Origin: Castellaniella sp.
GTDB lineage: Bacteria; Pseudomonadota; Gammaproteobacteria; Burkholderiales; Burkholderiaceae_B
Assembly: GCF_034674885.1 (NCBI RefSeq)
Contig: NZ_JAUCDS010000013.1
Span: 15,334-79,333, forward strand
DNA length: 64,000 nt
Direction: 5' to 3'
A model generated the notes under the pieces. The model was not told where the DNA came from and ran no database searches. It was given only the letters and a program-made list of their open reading frames with translations. A program made the position numbers and the translations under genes. Positions 8,528-19,885 of this stretch are shown piece after piece; the stretch's first letter is position 1, and every line of letters starts with the position of its first letter.

Positions 8528-10726
8528 ATGAGCATCCCTGCGCACACTGTATCGACCGACCCGTTTGATCCGGACTGGTTCCGCGAGGCAAGCCAGGGCC
8601 TGGATGATGACGGGGTTGTCTTGCTGCAGCAGGCGGTGGACTGGGTGCGTGAACCATTGCGCCAGGTCCGCGCCAGCACGGGGGAACTCCTGGATGCGCA
8701 CTGCGCAGCCGTGGCGTTGATCCTGCGTGATCTGGGCTCGGACGCCGAGACGCGGGCGGGCGCCTTGCTGGCCGTGCAACCAGTGCCGGCGGGCGAACTC
8801 TCTCGCGCCGACCCCTTGCGCAAGGCCTTCGGCCCCGAGGTCGCCACTCTGGTGCAGGGCACGCGCGCCTTGCTGCACCTGGGGGCCGTGGCCGGGCGGG
8901 CCGGCGGCGAATCGGGGGCCGACCAAAAGGAAATGCAGCGCAAGATGCTGCTGGCCATGGCGGCCGACCTGCGCATCGTGCTGATGCGGCTGGCCTCGCG
9001 CCTGCAGTCCTTGCGCTGGTTTGCCGCGACCCGTACGCCCTGTCCGCCGGAATTCGCGCGGGAAACCATGGCGCTCTACACGCCGCTGGCCAACCGGCTG
9101 GGCATCTGGCAGCTGAAATGGGAAATGGAGGACCTGTCCTTCCGTTTCCTGCAGCCCGACACCTACAGAACCATCGCCCGCCAGCTCGAGGAAAAGCGCG
9201 CCGAGCGCGAGGCCTTCATCGAAGACGTGATGAACCGCCTGCAGGCCGCCCTGGACGATGCCGGGATCCGGGCGGACATCAGCGGCCGGCCCAAGCACAT
9301 CTACAGCATCTGGAACAAGATGCGCATCAAGCATCTCGAGTTTCAGCAGCTGTTCGATCTGCGGGCGTTGCGCGTGATCGTGGCCGACGAGCGCGCCTGC
9401 TATGCGGCGCTGGCCCTGGTCCATGCCCTGTGGACCCCGGTGCCGGAGGAATTCGACGATTACATTGCGCGGCCCAAGCCCAATGGCTACAGGTCCCTGC
9501 ACACCGTGGTGGCAGACGATCAGGGGCGGGCCTTCGAGGTGCAGATCCGCACCCAGGACATGCACCAGTTTGCCGAGTTCGGCATGGCGGCGCACTGGCG
9601 CTACAAAGAAGCCGGAGCCCGGGGCGGGCAGGTGACAGCGTCGGGGGAATACGATCAGAAAATCGCCTGGATGCGCCAGCTGCTGGCCTGGAAAGAAGAC
9701 GGCGGGCCGGCGCCGGCACCCGAGGCGCCGCGCAGCGAACGCCATATCTATGTAATGACGCCTCAGGCCCGGGTGCTGGAATTGCCCGAAGGCGCCACCG
9801 CCGTCGATTTCGCCTATCTGCTGCATACCGATCTGGGGCACCGTTGCCGGGGTGCCCGGGTCGATGGCCAGATGGTGCCCTTGTCCACGCCCTTGCGCAC
9901 CGGCCAGACGGTCGAGATCACCGCCGCCAAATCCGGGGGGCCTTCTCGGGACTGGCTCAATCCGCAGCTGGGCTATCTGGCCAGCCCGCGCGCCCGGTCG
10001 AAAGTCCGGGCCTGGTTCAATGCAGTGGAATTGCAGCAGCGCATCGCCCAGGGCCAGACACTGGTCGAAAAAGAACTGCAGCGCCTGGGCAAGACCGCCG
10101 TCAACCAGGAAAACCTGGCCCAGCAGCTGGGCTTTGCCAAGGCAGACGATCTGTACGTGGCGGCTGCCAAGGAAGAATTCAGCCTGCGTCAGATCGATCA
10201 GGTCTTTCGCGAGCCGGAATCCGAATCCGCGCTGCCTGATGCCGCCCGTGTCTATGCCAGCGATGCGGGCAGCGTGGCGCGCACCGGCAAGAGCGGGGTT
10301 CTGGTGGTCGGGGTGGATTCGCTGCTCACGCAGCTGGCCCGCTGCTGCCGTCCGGCCCCCCCGGATGCCATCGAGGGTTTCGTGACGCGGGGCCGGGGGG
10401 TCTCCATCCATCGGCAGGACTGCTCGTCCTGGGCGGCGCTGGCCCAGCGGCACCCGGAACGCTGCATCCAGGTGGCCTGGGGGGAAACCGGCCAGGCCCT
10501 GTATCCGGTGGATCTCAGCATCCATGCCCAGGACCGGCCCAATCTCCTGCGGGACCTGTCCGAGGTCTTCGCCCGCCTGCGGCTGCGGGTGGTGCGGGTG
10601 ACCACCCACAGTCGGCGCTCTCTGGCGCACATGGTGTTCACGATCGAAGTGCGCGATGGCACGCAGATCCGCCAGGCGCTGGACGCCGTCAACGAACTGC
10701 CGGGCGTCCAGGCCAGCCGGCAATAG
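8528..10726 (+). CDS. relA: GTP pyrophosphokinase / (p)ppGpp synthetase
   Basis: GRPKHIYSI, FDLRALR, KPNGYRSLH, EVQIRT, AAHWRYK, TGS (TAVDFAY), ARCC and ACT domain; hydrolase HD motif degenerate. Confidence 0.93.
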   Translation: MSIPAHTVSTDPFDPDWFREASQGLDDDGVVLLQQAVDWVREPLRQVRASTGELLDAHCAAVALILRDLGSDAETRAGALLAVQPVPAGELSRADPLRKAFGPEVATLVQGTRALLHLGAVAGRAGGESGADQKEMQRKMLLAMAADLRIVLMRLASRLQSLRWFAATRTPCPPEFARETMALYTPLANRLGIWQLKWEMEDLSFRFLQPDTYRTIARQLEEKRAEREAFIEDVMNRLQAALDDAGIRADISGRPKHIYSIWNKMRIKHLEFQQLFDLRALRVIVADERACYAALALVHALWTPVPEEFDDYIARPKPNGYRSLHTVVADDQGRAFEVQIRTQDMHQFAEFGMAAHWRYKEAGARGGQVTASGEYDQKIAWMRQLLAWKEDGGPAPAPEAPRSERHIYVMTPQARVLELPEGATAVDFAYLLHTDLGHRCRGARVDGQMVPLSTPLRTGQTVEITAAKSGGPSRDWLNPQLGYLASPRARSKVRAWFNAVELQQRIAQGQTLVEKELQRLGKTAVNQENLAQQLGFAKADDLYVAAAKEEFSLRQIDQVFREPESESALPDAARVYASDAGSVARTGKSGVLVVGVDSLLTQLARCCRPAPPDAIEGFVTRGRGVSIHRQDCSSWAALAQRHPERCIQVAWGETGQALYPVDLSIHAQDRPNLLRDLSEVFARLRLRVVRVTTHSRRSLAHMVFTIEVRDGTQIRQALDAVNELPGVQASRQ

Positions 10727-10777
10727 CCGCGCGGAGCGCGCCGGATGCGGCTGCAGCGGCTGCCCATCGGCCCGCGC

Positions 10778-10786
10778 TGTTAAAAT
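10778..10786 (+). promoter_or_regulatory. Putative extended -10 promoter for trpBA-accD
   Basis: TG-t-TAAAAT about 65 bp upstream of trpB. Confidence 0.45.
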
Positions 10787-10852
10787 GCCCGTTTTGGCTG
10801 GCCGTTGTGGTCCGCTGCGCCCGGTTCGGGCACCTTTGAAGCGAGTCTGGAT

Positions 10853-12052
10853 TTGAAGCCCTATCATTTGCCGGATGCCCAGGGGCATTTCGGCCAGTTT
10901 GGCGGTTCGTTCGTGGCCGAAACCCTGGTGCACGCCCTGGATGCCCTGCAGAAGGCCTATCAGCATTACCGGGACGATCCTGAATTCCTGCGCGAATTTG
11001 CCGATGAACTGGAACATTTCGTCGGACGCCCCAGCCCGGTCTATCATGCCCGGCGCTGGTCGCAGCAGCTGGGGGGCGCTCAGATCTGGTTCAAGCGCGA
11101 AGACCTGAACCACACCGGCGCCCACAAGGTCAACAATTGCATCGGCCAGGCGCTGCTGGCCCGCCGCATGGGCAAGCCGCGCGTGATCGCGGAAACCGGC
11201 GCCGGCCAGCACGGCGTGGCGACCGCCACGGTCGCGGCCCGCTACGGCCTGGAATGCGTGGTCTACATGGGCAGCGAAGACGTGCGCCGCCAGGCTTCCA
11301 ACGTCTACCGCATGAAGCTGCTGGGCGCTACGGTGGTGCCGGTGGAATCCGGTTCGCGCACCCTGAAGGACGCCCTGAACGAAGCCATGCGCGACTGGGT
11401 CACCAACGTCGAAAACACTTTCTACATCATCGGCACGGTGGCGGGTCCCCACCCGTATCCGCTGATGGTGCGCGATTTCCAGACCATCATCGGCCGGGAA
11501 TGCCTGGAACAGATGCCGCGCGACGCCGGCCGTCAGCCCGACTACGTGGTAGCTTCCGTGGGCGGTGGGTCCAACGCCATCGGCATCTTCCACCCCTATA
11601 TCGAACATGAATCCGTGCGCCTGATCGGCGTCGAGGCGGCGGGTGAAGGCCTGGACAGCGGTCATCACGCCGCATCCCTGAATCGCGGGGTGATCGGCGT
11701 GCTGCACGGCAACCGCACGTACCTGCTGCAGGACGCCAGCGGCCAGATCACCGAAACCCATTCCATCTCGGCCGGCCTGGACTACCCGGGCGTTGGGCCG
11801 GAACATGCCTGGCTGAAGGATTCGGGGCGGGCCCAGTACGTGGGCATCACCGACCAGGAAGCCCTTGCCGCCTTCCACAACTGCTGCCGCATCGAAGGCA
11901 TCATGCCCGCGCTGGAATCTGCCCATGCCATCGCCTATGCGGCCAAACTCGCGCCCACGCTGCCCAAGGACCAGATCATCCTGGTCAACCTGTCGGGGCG
12001 CGGCGACAAAGACATGCATACCGTGGCCGAAACCAGCGGCATCGCGCTTTAG
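10853..12052 (+). CDS. trpB: Tryptophan synthase beta chain
   Basis: [47 protein letters not shown]; TTG start at 10853 inferred. Confidence 0.96.
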   Translation: MKPYHLPDAQGHFGQFGGSFVAETLVHALDALQKAYQHYRDDPEFLREFADELEHFVGRPSPVYHARRWSQQLGGAQIWFKREDLNHTGAHKVNNCIGQALLARRMGKPRVIAETGAGQHGVATATVAARYGLECVVYMGSEDVRRQASNVYRMKLLGATVVPVESGSRTLKDALNEAMRDWVTNVENTFYIIGTVAGPHPYPLMVRDFQTIIGRECLEQMPRDAGRQPDYVVASVGGGSNAIGIFHPYIEHESVRLIGVEAAGEGLDSGHHAASLNRGVIGVLHGNRTYLLQDASGQITETHSISAGLDYPGVGPEHAWLKDSGRAQYVGITDQEALAAFHNCCRIEGIMPALESAHAIAYAAKLAPTLPKDQIILVNLSGRGDKDMHTVAETSGIAL

Positions 12053-12061
12053 GAGCCTTTC

Positions 12062-12895
12062 TTGACTGCATCCAATCACCGCCTGGCCGCCACCTTTGCC
12101 GGCCTGTCGGGGGGCACGGCCCTGATCCCGTACATCACTGCCGGAGATCCTCTGGTCACGTCCACGCCTGCCCTGATGCAGGCGCTGGTGGCAGCGGGCG
12201 CCAACGTCATCGAACTGGGCGTGCCGTTTTCGGACCCGATGGCCGACGGCCCGGTCATCCAGCAGGCCGGGGAGCGCGCCATTGCGGCCGGCACCAGCCT
12301 GGCCCGGGTGCTGGACCTGGTGGCCGAATTCCGCCGTCATGACGACCACACGCCCGTCGTGCTGATGGGATATGCCAATCCCATCGAATGCATGGGTCGG
12401 GACGACTTCGTGCGGCGCGCCGCCCAGGCGGGCGTCGACGGGGTCCTGGTCGTGGACTACACCCCGGAAGAATCCGTCGATTTCGCCACCAGCCTGTCGG
12501 CGGCCGGTGTCGATCCCATCTATCTGCTGGCGCCGACCTCCACCGAGGCCCGGATGGCCGACGTTGCCCGTCTGGCCCGGGGTTATGTGTACTATGTGTC
12601 CCTGAAAGGCGTCACCGGCGCCGGCCATCTGGATACCGACGACGTCGCCCGGCACCTGGCCACCATCCGCCGCCATGTCGGCATCCCGGTCGGCGTCGGT
12701 TTCGGCATCCGGGATGCGGCCAGCGCCGCTCGGCTGGCGCAGCATGCCGATGCTGTCGTCATCGGCAGCAAACTGATTCAAATCATCGAGACGGCCTCGC
12801 GCAGCGATGGCCCCCAGGCTGCGATCGGCGCTGCGGCTGCGTGGCTGGCCGACGTCCGCCAGGCTCTCGATCACGTCCAAAAAGGTCAAGCATGA
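12062..12895 (+). CDS. trpA: Tryptophan synthase alpha chain
   Basis: [39 protein letters not shown]. Confidence 0.96.
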   Translation: MTASNHRLAATFAGLSGGTALIPYITAGDPLVTSTPALMQALVAAGANVIELGVPFSDPMADGPVIQQAGERAIAAGTSLARVLDLVAEFRRHDDHTPVVLMGYANPIECMGRDDFVRRAAQAGVDGVLVVDYTPEESVDFATSLSAAGVDPIYLLAPTSTEARMADVARLARGYVYYVSLKGVTGAGHLDTDDVARHLATIRRHVGIPVGVGFGIRDAASAARLAQHADAVVIGSKLIQIIETASRSDGPQAAIGAAAAWLADVRQALDHVQKGQA

Positions 12896-13773
12896 GCTGG
12901 TTCGAAAAAATTCTGCCCCCGCGCATCAACCGCCAGAGCGAATCGGCATCCAAGCGGGTGCCCGAGGGCCTGTGGGTCAAATGCCCGTCCTGCGAATCCG
13001 TCCTTTACAAGGAAGATCTGCTGGCAACCCTGAATGTCTGCCCCAAGTGCAGCCACCACATGCGGATCGGGGCGCGGGCGCGCATCAATGCGCTGCTGGA
13101 CCCGGAAGGCCGCACCGAGATCGGCGGCCAGACGCGTCCCATGGATCCCCTGAAATTCAAGGATTCGCGCAGGTACCCGGAACGCGTTTCCGAGGCGACC
13201 AAACAGACCGGCGAGTCCGAAGCCATGGTCGTCATGAGCGGCACGATTCTTTCGGTCCCTGCCGTCCTGGCCTGCTTCGAGTTCGCCTTCATGGGCGGCT
13301 CGATGGGTTCGGTGGTGGGCGAACGCTTCGCTCGGGGCGTCCAGGAAGCCATCGACCGCCGCATGCCATTCATCTGCGTGTCGTCCTCCGGGGGCGCTCG
13401 CATGCAGGAATCCCTGTTTTCCCTGCTGCAGATGGCAAAAACCACCGCCATGTTGCATCAGTTGTCCGAGGCCGGCCTGCCCTTCATCAGCATCCTCACG
13501 GATCCGACCATGGGTGGCGTGTCTGCGTCCTTTGCCTTCATGGGCGACGTCGTCATGGCCGAACCCAATGCCCTGATCGGCTTTGCCGGCCCGCGCGTGA
13601 TCGAACAGACCGTGCGTGAAAAATTGCCGGAAGGCTTCCAGCGGGCGGAATTCCTGCTGGCCAAAGGCGCCATCGACTGCGTCGTGGATCGCCGCGAAAT
13701 GCAGACTGAACTGGCCCACCTGCTGGCGCTGTTCACCCGCCAGCCGATCGAAGTCGTCTGCAAGGCGGCCTGA
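12892..13773 (+). CDS. accD: Acetyl-CoA carboxylase carboxyltransferase beta subunit
   Basis: [12 protein letters not shown] zinc finger, [37 protein letters not shown]; ATGA overlap with trpA. Confidence 0.96.
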   Translation: MSWFEKILPPRINRQSESASKRVPEGLWVKCPSCESVLYKEDLLATLNVCPKCSHHMRIGARARINALLDPEGRTEIGGQTRPMDPLKFKDSRRYPERVSEATKQTGESEAMVVMSGTILSVPAVLACFEFAFMGGSMGSVVGERFARGVQEAIDRRMPFICVSSSGGARMQESLFSLLQMAKTTAMLHQLSEAGLPFISILTDPTMGGVSASFAFMGDVVMAEPNALIGFAGPRVIEQTVREKLPEGFQRAEFLLAKGAIDCVVDRREMQTELAHLLALFTRQPIEVVCKAA

Positions 13774-13812
13774 CACGGCTCGTCCCGGGCGGCTGCCGGC
13801 GCGGCCGCCCCT

Positions 13813-14688
13813 TCAGGGCAGTTCCCGCATCAATTCCGCGAATCGCGCGCCGATCCATTGCGCTGTGGCGCCCAGCGGGCGCCCCAGCGGCCAGAACATG
13901 CGCATGGGCAGGGGAGGCAGGGCCAGCGACGGGCAGGCCACCTGCCGCAGCGGGCGCGGATAGTCGTCGTAGGCGGCAATGTGTACCGGCAGGACGGCCC
14001 AGCCCAGCCTGGCTGCAACCATCCCCGCGATCGTATAGAAACTGTCGGAACGCCAGATTCTCGGGCTGTAGGCTTGGGCCTCGAGGTCTTCCGCGCACAT
14101 CAGCAGCTGCCGGTGGCGCGCCAGGTCCCGCCGCCCGACGGAGTCGGATTGCAGCAGGGCGTGGCCGCTGGCCACGAAGACGCCCTGGGGCAATGTCCCA
14201 AGGTGGCGTTGATCGAAACCATCGTGCAGCGGGCCGCGCTCGAAATGGAAGGCGATATCGGCACGGCCTTGTTCGACGTATTCGGCGACTTCCGTGGCCG
14301 TGCCGTTGAGCAGGGTCAGTTCCAGTTCGGGGAAGCGTTCGGAGATCTCTCCCAGCAAGGCGTTGATCGCGGCATACGGCAGAGCCTCGTCGAATGCCAG
14401 GGCCAGCCTGGGTTCGCTGCCCTCGGCCAGGGATCGCGCCCGCTGATCCAGTTCATGCGCCTGGCGCAATAGTTCCCGGGCTTCCCGCAGCAGCAGCTGC
14501 CCAGCGTCGGACAGGGTCGCGCGGTGTCCGCTGCGGTCGAACAACGTCACCCCCAGATCGGCTTCCAGCAGGCTGACCGCCGTGCTGACGGCGGACTGCG
14601 CCTTGCCCAATTGCCGCGAGGCAGCGCTGATGGAGCCGTATTCCGCCGTGGCGACGAACTGGCGCAGTTGATCGATATTCCATTGCAT
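13813..14688 (-). CDS. LysR-family transcriptional regulator
   Basis: N-terminal HTH (GSISAASRQL..AQSAVS...LEADLGVTLFDR); divergent from the SMR pair. Confidence 0.92.
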   Translation of the reverse strand: MQWNIDQLRQFVATAEYGSISAASRQLGKAQSAVSTAVSLLEADLGVTLFDRSGHRATLSDAGQLLLREARELLRQAHELDQRARSLAEGSEPRLALAFDEALPYAAINALLGEISERFPELELTLLNGTATEVAEYVEQGRADIAFHFERGPLHDGFDQRHLGTLPQGVFVASGHALLQSDSVGRRDLARHRQLLMCAEDLEAQAYSPRIWRSDSFYTIAGMVAARLGWAVLPVHIAAYDDYPRPLRQVACPSLALPPLPMRMFWPLGRPLGATAQWIGARFAELMRELP

Positions 14689-14699
14689 GTGGCAACTTT

Positions 14700-14714
14700 A
14701 TCGACAAATCAGAT
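14700..14714. promoter_or_regulatory. Putative LysR T-N11-A box
   Basis: ATC-gacaaatca-GAT inverted repeat just upstream of the LysR start. Confidence 0.5.
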
Positions 14715-14792
14715 GGACATCAACTTTATGAATCCATGAATCAGAATGAAAATGGCGTTCATATCGTTGTTGTCCGTCTCAAGAGGTGTGCC

Positions 14793-15167
14793 GTGTTTCT
14801 ACGCCCCTGGTTATGCCTGCTGGCGGCGGTGGCCGTCGAAGTCGCCGGCGTCACCGTCATGAAGCATGTTTCGCTGTCCGGTTCCCCGTTTGCCTGGCTG
14901 CTCATGTACGTCATGATCGGCCTGTCATTCGTGTTCCTGGCTCCGGCTGTCAAATACCTGCCCCTGGCCTTGGCCTACGCGGTGTGGGAAAGCCTGGGAC
15001 TGATCTGCGTCACGCTGATCGGCCTGCGGTATTTCGGCGAAACCCTGGATCCGTTCAAACTGCTGGGCCTGGGCGCACTGCTGGCCGGCGTGGTGCTGGT
15101 CAACCTGGGCGCGTCTGATGGGCCCGGTGAATGCCCCAGCGGTGCTTGCGCGATCCCGGAGCCTTGA
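14793..15167 (+). CDS. mdtJ: SMR-family efflux subunit (MdtJ-like)
   Basis: Conserved TM1 Glu (AVEVAG), LALAYAVWESLG, LRYFGE; GTG start after AAGAGG. Confidence 0.75.
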   Translation: MFLRPWLCLLAAVAVEVAGVTVMKHVSLSGSPFAWLLMYVMIGLSFVFLAPAVKYLPLALAYAVWESLGLICVTLIGLRYFGETLDPFKLLGLGALLAGVVLVNLGASDGPGECPSGACAIPEP

Positions 15168-15170
15168 TCC

Positions 15171-15503
15171 ATGCAGAACGCCGGATTCATCCATTACGCC
15201 TTCATGGCGGCGGCCATTGTGCTGGAAGTGGCCGCCAATGTCCTCATCAAGTATTCCGACGGATTTCGTCGGCGCAGGTACGGCTTGCTTGGCATCGCCA
15301 GCATCCTGATGTCGTTCACCGCGCTGTCGCAGGCGATCAAGGGCATCGATCTGTCCATCGCCTATGCCTTGTGGGGGGGCATGGGGATTTTTCTGACCGC
15401 TGTGTCCGGCCTGCTGCTGTTCCGGCAGCGGCTGAGCCGTCTGGGCTGGCTGGGCATCGCCAGCATCGTGTTCGGCGTGCTTCTGCTGAAGCTCTCACAT
15501 TGA
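15171..15503 (+). CDS. mdtI: SMR-family efflux subunit (MdtI-like)
   Basis: LEVAANVLIKYSDGF, GIDLSIAYALWGG; paired SMR. Confidence 0.82.
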   Translation: MQNAGFIHYAFMAAAIVLEVAANVLIKYSDGFRRRRYGLLGIASILMSFTALSQAIKGIDLSIAYALWGGMGIFLTAVSGLLLFRQRLSRLGWLGIASIVFGVLLLKLSH

Positions 15504-15514
15504 AGGATTGAACG

Positions 15515-15548
15515 CAAAAAAGCCCGGCGTCTTTTCAGAGGCCGGGCT
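15515..15548 (-). terminator. Intrinsic terminator for rne
   Basis: AGCCCGGC/GCCGGGCT stem (15521-15548) followed on the minus strand by a U-run (A-run 15516-15521). Confidence 0.7.
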
Positions 15549-15589
15549 GCGCCGGTCGCCCCTGTCGGGAGCGATCGGCCGCACTGTCA

Positions 15590-18460
15590 TCAGTGCGTGG
15601 TTTCCACCTGCTGCAGGGGTTCCGCCTGCGTCGTGGCGACGGCCTTGCGGGCACGGCCCAGGGGCTTGGGCGGTGCGACGGGTTCGGCCGGCGCAGTCCC
15701 TGCCCGGGTTTCGATGAGCTGCATTCCCGCGGAACGCAGGGATTCGTCGATGGGCGGCAGGACGATCGGGTGGCTGCTGTCGGAGGTTTGAACCGGTTCC
15801 GGTGCAAGCACAGATGCCGGCTCGGCGGCTGTTTGCACCTGCGCCATGGGCTCAGGCTCGGGCTCGACGACCGGTGCTGGCGTTACGACTTCGGTGACAG
15901 CCGGGGCGTCGAAGGTGTCGTCGGTCGGTGCGGCCGCTACGTCGACGGGATCGGCCGGTTCGGCTTGCGGCGCGGGAGCCGGGGCCGTATCGCCTGCGTC
16001 CGGTGCGCTGGCCTGCTCGGCAGCGCCCAGGGCCTCGGGGTCGAAGCGCGGCGTTTCGTGCGTTTCGAGATCGCTGGCGCTGGATTCAGCCGCGTCCAGC
16101 GATTCGGTGTCGGTCGTGGATTCCACGCCTTCGCCGGTGCGACGACCGCGACGGCCGCGACGGCGGCGGCGCTTGCGTTCCGGGTCCGGGCTGTCCAGGC
16201 CGGTATCGCCTTCGATGTCCACGGCCGGGCCGGCTACGGGGCTGGCGTCGGTGTCGATGGGCGTCTGGGCGATGATCTGTTCATCGTCCTGGGCCAGGGC
16301 AGGCGCCGGGAATTCCGCAATCGGGGCGGCTGCGACGGCTGCCGCTGTTGCGGTCAGTTCCACGGCCTCGCCTGCGACCTGGTCCTGGGCGTCTTCGGCA
16401 CGGCTGCGGCCCCGGCCTCGACGGCTGCGGCTGCGACGCGGTTCCACCGAGTCTTGCATGGCATCGGCGGCGGGGATGGCGGGCTTTGCCGTCTGGGCTG
16501 CGCGGTCGTCCGAATTGCGTTCGCGGCGCTGTGCAGAGCGGCTGTCGGCGGATTTTTCCGTGCGCTCGACGCGATCCTGGGATTCTGCCTTTTCAGCGCG
16601 GCTGTTGCGTTCGCCGCGGCCGTTGGAACGGGATTCCGAGCGGCGGCCGTTGTGGCGGCTGGCGCCATTGCGGCGACGGCTGTCGTCTTCGCGGCGGGCG
16701 GGGTTGGACGGAGCGGATTCCGCAGGAGCGGCCGTTTGAGTGCCCGAGCCGGTGAACCAGGACAGGATGCGCTTGAACAGGCCGCCCGCGTCGGCAGCGG
16801 GGGCCGGCGTCGGGGCAGCGGCCTTGGCCGGGCGTTCGACATGGTGCGGCGCCGGTTGGGCGGGCTGGATGCCCTTGACCAGGGCTTCGGGGCGCGATTT
16901 GGCTTCCTGGTCCTTATTGGGTTGCCAGACGACCTTGTCTTCCGGTTCCTGGACCAGTTCGAAGCTGGTCTTGGTTTCGTCCAGGCGCGGATCATCGTGG
17001 CGCAGTCGTTCGATGTGATGATGCGGCGTTTCCAGGGACTTGTTGGGGATCAGGACCAGGTTGACCTTCAGGCGCGATTCGATCTGGCTGATGTCGTGGC
17101 GTTTCTCGTTCAGCAGGAAGGTGGCGACGTCCACCGGCACTTGGGCGTGCAGGGCGGCAGTGCCTTCTTTCATGGCTTCTTCCTGCAGCAGGCGCAGCAC
17201 GTGCAGGGCGCTGGATTCCGCGTCGCGGATGACGCCGGTGCCGGTGCAGCGCGGGCAGGTGACGTGCGAGCCTTCGTTCAGGGCGGGGCGCAGGCGCTGA
17301 CGGGACAGTTCCATCAGGCCGAAGCGGGAAATCTTGCCCATCTGGACGCGCGCCCGATCGAAGTGCAAGGCATCGCGCAGGCGCTGTTCGACGGCCCGCT
17401 GGTTCTTGCTTTCTTCCATGTCGATGAAGTCGATCACGATCAGGCCGCCCAGGTCGCGCAGGCGCAACTGGCGGGCGACTTCGTCGGCCGCTTCCGCGTT
17501 GGTGCGCAGGGCGGTTTCCTCGATGTCGGCACCCCGGGTGGAGCGCGCCGAGTTCACGTCCACGGCCACCAGGGCCTCGGTGTGATCGATGACGATGGCG
17601 CCGCCCGAAGGCAGCGTCACCGTGCGCGAGTACGCGGTCTCGATCTGGTGTTCGATCTGGAAGCGGGAGAACAGCGGCACGTCGTCGCGGTAGCGTTTCA
17701 CGCGATTGACGTTGTCGGGCATGACCACGCTCATGAAGGCCAGGGCCTGATCGTGGATGTCGTCCGTGTCGATCAGGATTTCGCCGATTTCGGGCGAGAA
17801 ATAATCGCGGATGGCACGGATGACCAGGCTGGATTCCAGGTAGATCAGGATCGGAGCCTTGTTTTCGCGCGCGGCGCCGTCGATGGCGGTCCAGAGCTGC
17901 AGCAGGTAGTTCAGGTCCCACTGCAGTTCTTCGACGCTGCGGCCGATGCCGGCCGTGCGGGCGATCATGCTCATGCCGGCCGGGATGTCCAGCTGGTCCA
18001 TGGTGTCGCGCAGTTCCTGGCGGTCTTCGCCTTCCACGCGACGCGAGACGCCGCCGCCGCGCGGGTTGTTGGGCATCAGGACCAGATAGCGGCCCGCCAG
18101 CGAGATGAAGGTCGTCAGGGCCGCGCCTTTGTTGCCGCGCTCTTCCTTTTCGACCTGGATGATGAGTTCCTGGCCTTCGGTCAGGGCGTCCTGGATGCGC
18201 GCCGTGCGCACGTCCACGCCTTCCTTGAAGTAAGTGCGGGCAACTTCCTTGAAGGGCAGGAAGCCGTGGCGTTCTTCACCGTAGCTGACGAAGCAGGCTT
18301 CGAGGCCCGGTTCGATGCGAGTGATGACACCTTTGTAGATGTTGCCTTTGCGCTGTTCGCGCCCGGCAGTTTCAATGTCCAGATCGATGAGTTTCTGGCC
18401 ATCGACAATAGCGACGCGTAGTTCTTCTTGGTGCGTCGCATTGAACAGCATGCGTTTCAT
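15590..18460 (-). CDS. rne: Ribonuclease E
   Basis: [10 protein letters not shown]1 domain, [25 protein letters not shown] zinc link; long Arg-rich and acidic/Pro/Ala disordered C-terminus. Confidence 0.96.
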   Translation of the reverse strand: MKRMLFNATHQEELRVAIVDGQKLIDLDIETAGREQRKGNIYKGVITRIEPGLEACFVSYGEERHGFLPFKEVARTYFKEGVDVRTARIQDALTEGQELIIQVEKEERGNKGAALTTFISLAGRYLVLMPNNPRGGGVSRRVEGEDRQELRDTMDQLDIPAGMSMIARTAGIGRSVEELQWDLNYLLQLWTAIDGAARENKAPILIYLESSLVIRAIRDYFSPEIGEILIDTDDIHDQALAFMSVVMPDNVNRVKRYRDDVPLFSRFQIEHQIETAYSRTVTLPSGGAIVIDHTEALVAVDVNSARSTRGADIEETALRTNAEAADEVARQLRLRDLGGLIVIDFIDMEESKNQRAVEQRLRDALHFDRARVQMGKISRFGLMELSRQRLRPALNEGSHVTCPRCTGTGVIRDAESSALHVLRLLQEEAMKEGTAALHAQVPVDVATFLLNEKRHDISQIESRLKVNLVLIPNKSLETPHHHIERLRHDDPRLDETKTSFELVQEPEDKVVWQPNKDQEAKSRPEALVKGIQPAQPAPHHVERPAKAAAPTPAPAADAGGLFKRILSWFTGSGTQTAAPAESAPSNPARREDDSRRRNGASRHNGRRSESRSNGRGERNSRAEKAESQDRVERTEKSADSRSAQRRERNSDDRAAQTAKPAIPAADAMQDSVEPRRSRSRRGRGRSRAEDAQDQVAGEAVELTATAAAVAAAPIAEFPAPALAQDDEQIIAQTPIDTDASPVAGPAVDIEGDTGLDSPDPERKRRRRRGRRGRRTGEGVESTTDTESLDAAESSASDLETHETPRFDPEALGAAEQASAPDAGDTAPAPAPQAEPADPVDVAAAPTDDTFDAPAVTEVVTPAPVVEPEPEPMAQVQTAAEPASVLAPEPVQTSDSSHPIVLPPIDESLRSAGMQLIETRAGTAPAEPVAPPKPLGRARKAVATTQAEPLQQVETTH

Positions 18461-18825
18461 GAGTGGGTTTCTCCGTTGTCAGGGTGCGCCGGATTCGGCG
18501 CACGACCACGGGTCACTCGGTGTGCATAGCGGCAGTCTGCGTGGAGGTGGCTGCGGACGAAATCAGGCCGCGCCAGTCTCCGGTAAGAGTGGCACGGCGC
18601 GCTGGTGGGCGCGAGGTTCTGGCAGCAGGGAGGTCAAGGGCACGGTCGTGGTTGACGAAAAGTTGCTGGGAACGGCGGACGCGCGAAACGCGGCGTCCGG
18701 TGCGGAAGAGCGAGCAGAAACCTGCGGCGTCGCACGCGGCTTGTCGATTGCCCTGCCCGATGTGCGGGGCAGGGAAACCGGGACAGGGCCGGCGACCAAG
18801 GACCCAGAAACCGAAACCCAGGCAG

Positions 18826-18831
18826 TACAAT
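18826..18831 (+). promoter_or_regulatory. Putative -10 for rluC
   Basis: TACAAT about 100 bp upstream of rluC; no clear -35. Confidence 0.35.
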
Positions 18832-18908
18832 GATGTCCCTGCAGCCCGGCGGAGCGCATGCCTTGCGTCTCTACGTCTGGCGGTTTTCGGCCTCTATAGG
18901 CTGCTGTG

Positions 18909-18936
18909 ATTATATGCCGCTTTTCCCTATGCGCAA
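18909..18936 (-). promoter_or_regulatory. Putative sigma70 promoter for rne
   Basis: On the minus strand TTGCGC-N16-TATAAT. Confidence 0.5.
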
Positions 18937-19885
18937 AATAGATATGTCTCCCGAACGCCGTCCGGCCGTCCGCCAGGTGGTGGTGGATAGCGAATCGGCG
19001 GGCCAGCGGCTGGACAATTTTTTGCTGCGCCTGAACAAGGGCGTGCCCAAAAGCCATCTGTACAAGGCCATCCGCGATGGACAGGTGCGCATCAACAAGG
19101 GGCGCTGCCGCGCCGACACGCGGGTGCAGGTCGGCGACCTGGTGCGCATCCCGCCGCTGCGGCTGCCCGATCCCGCCGCGCGGCCGGCTGCGCCTCCGGC
19201 TACGTTTCCCGTGCTGTACGAAGACGCCCATCTGCTGGTCATCGACAAACCGGCGGGGGTGGCCGTGCATGGCGGCAGCGGCGTGTCCTTTGGCGTCATC
19301 GAACAGCTGCGGGCCGCCCGCCCGGACGAACGCCTGTTGGAACTGGCCCACCGGCTGGACCGGGAAACGTCCGGTGTGCTGATGATCGCCCGCAGCCGCA
19401 AGGCCCTGGTGGCCCTGCACGACATGATGCGCAACAGCCAAGGGCGCAAGCACTATCTGGCCCTGGTGGTGGGCGACTGGGTCAATGATCGCCAGCGCAT
19501 CCGTCTGCCGCTGCTGAAATACCTGACCCCCGGGGGCGAGCGCCGCGTGCGGGTCGATCCCCTGGGCAAGCCTGCACATACCATCATCACCCTGAAACAC
19601 CGCTATGGTGGCGCCTGGTCGCTGCTGGGCGCCGAATTGCGCACCGGGCGCACGCATCAGATCCGGGTGCATCTGGCTTCTCAGGGCCATCCCATCGCGG
19701 GCGACGAGAAATACGGGCCGGACGCAATTCGCGCGGCCCTCTTTGCCCAGGGCTTCCGGCGCATGTTCCTGCATGCCCATCGGCTGGAGATTCCCCATCC
19801 GGTGACGGGCGAACTTCTGGTGCTGGAAGCACCGTTGCCGCCGGCATGCCAGGCCGTGCTGGATCGGCTGGATTCGATGCAATGA
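18929..19885 (+). CDS. rluC: 23S rRNA pseudouridine synthase RluC
   Basis: S4 domain (GQRLDNFL, VPKS), HRLDRETSG, TGRTHQIRVH, GDEKYG, MFLHA; start uncertain (18914/18929/18944). Confidence 0.92.
   Translation: MRKIDMSPERRPAVRQVVVDSESAGQRLDNFLLRLNKGVPKSHLYKAIRDGQVRINKGRCRADTRVQVGDLVRIPPLRLPDPAARPAAPPATFPVLYEDAHLLVIDKPAGVAVHGGSGVSFGVIEQLRAARPDERLLELAHRLDRETSGVLMIARSRKALVALHDMMRNSQGRKHYLALVVGDWVNDRQRIRLPLLKYLTPGGERRVRVDPLGKPAHTIITLKHRYGGAWSLLGAELRTGRTHQIRVHLASQGHPIAGDEKYGPDAIRAALFAQGFRRMFLHAHRLEIPHPVTGELLVLEAPLPPACQAVLDRLDSMQ

Noticed and set aside
10787-10852. Trp attenuator leader before trpB
   Set aside because: No short ORF with tandem Trp codons and no terminator hairpin.
8315-12889. 1524-aa minus-strand ORF
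   Set aside because: Antisense shadow of relA, trpB and trpA, which share one frame; high GC3 removes stops on the opposite strand and no protein motifs are present.
15590-16900. Low-complexity repeats in the rne 3' half
   Set aside because: Expected disordered RNase E scaffold, not a DNA repeat array.
15593-18421. 942-aa plus-strand ORF and other long Arg/Pro/Gly-rich alternative-frame ORFs
   Set aside because: Overlap well-supported genes (here rne); composition typical of off-frame GC-rich sequence.
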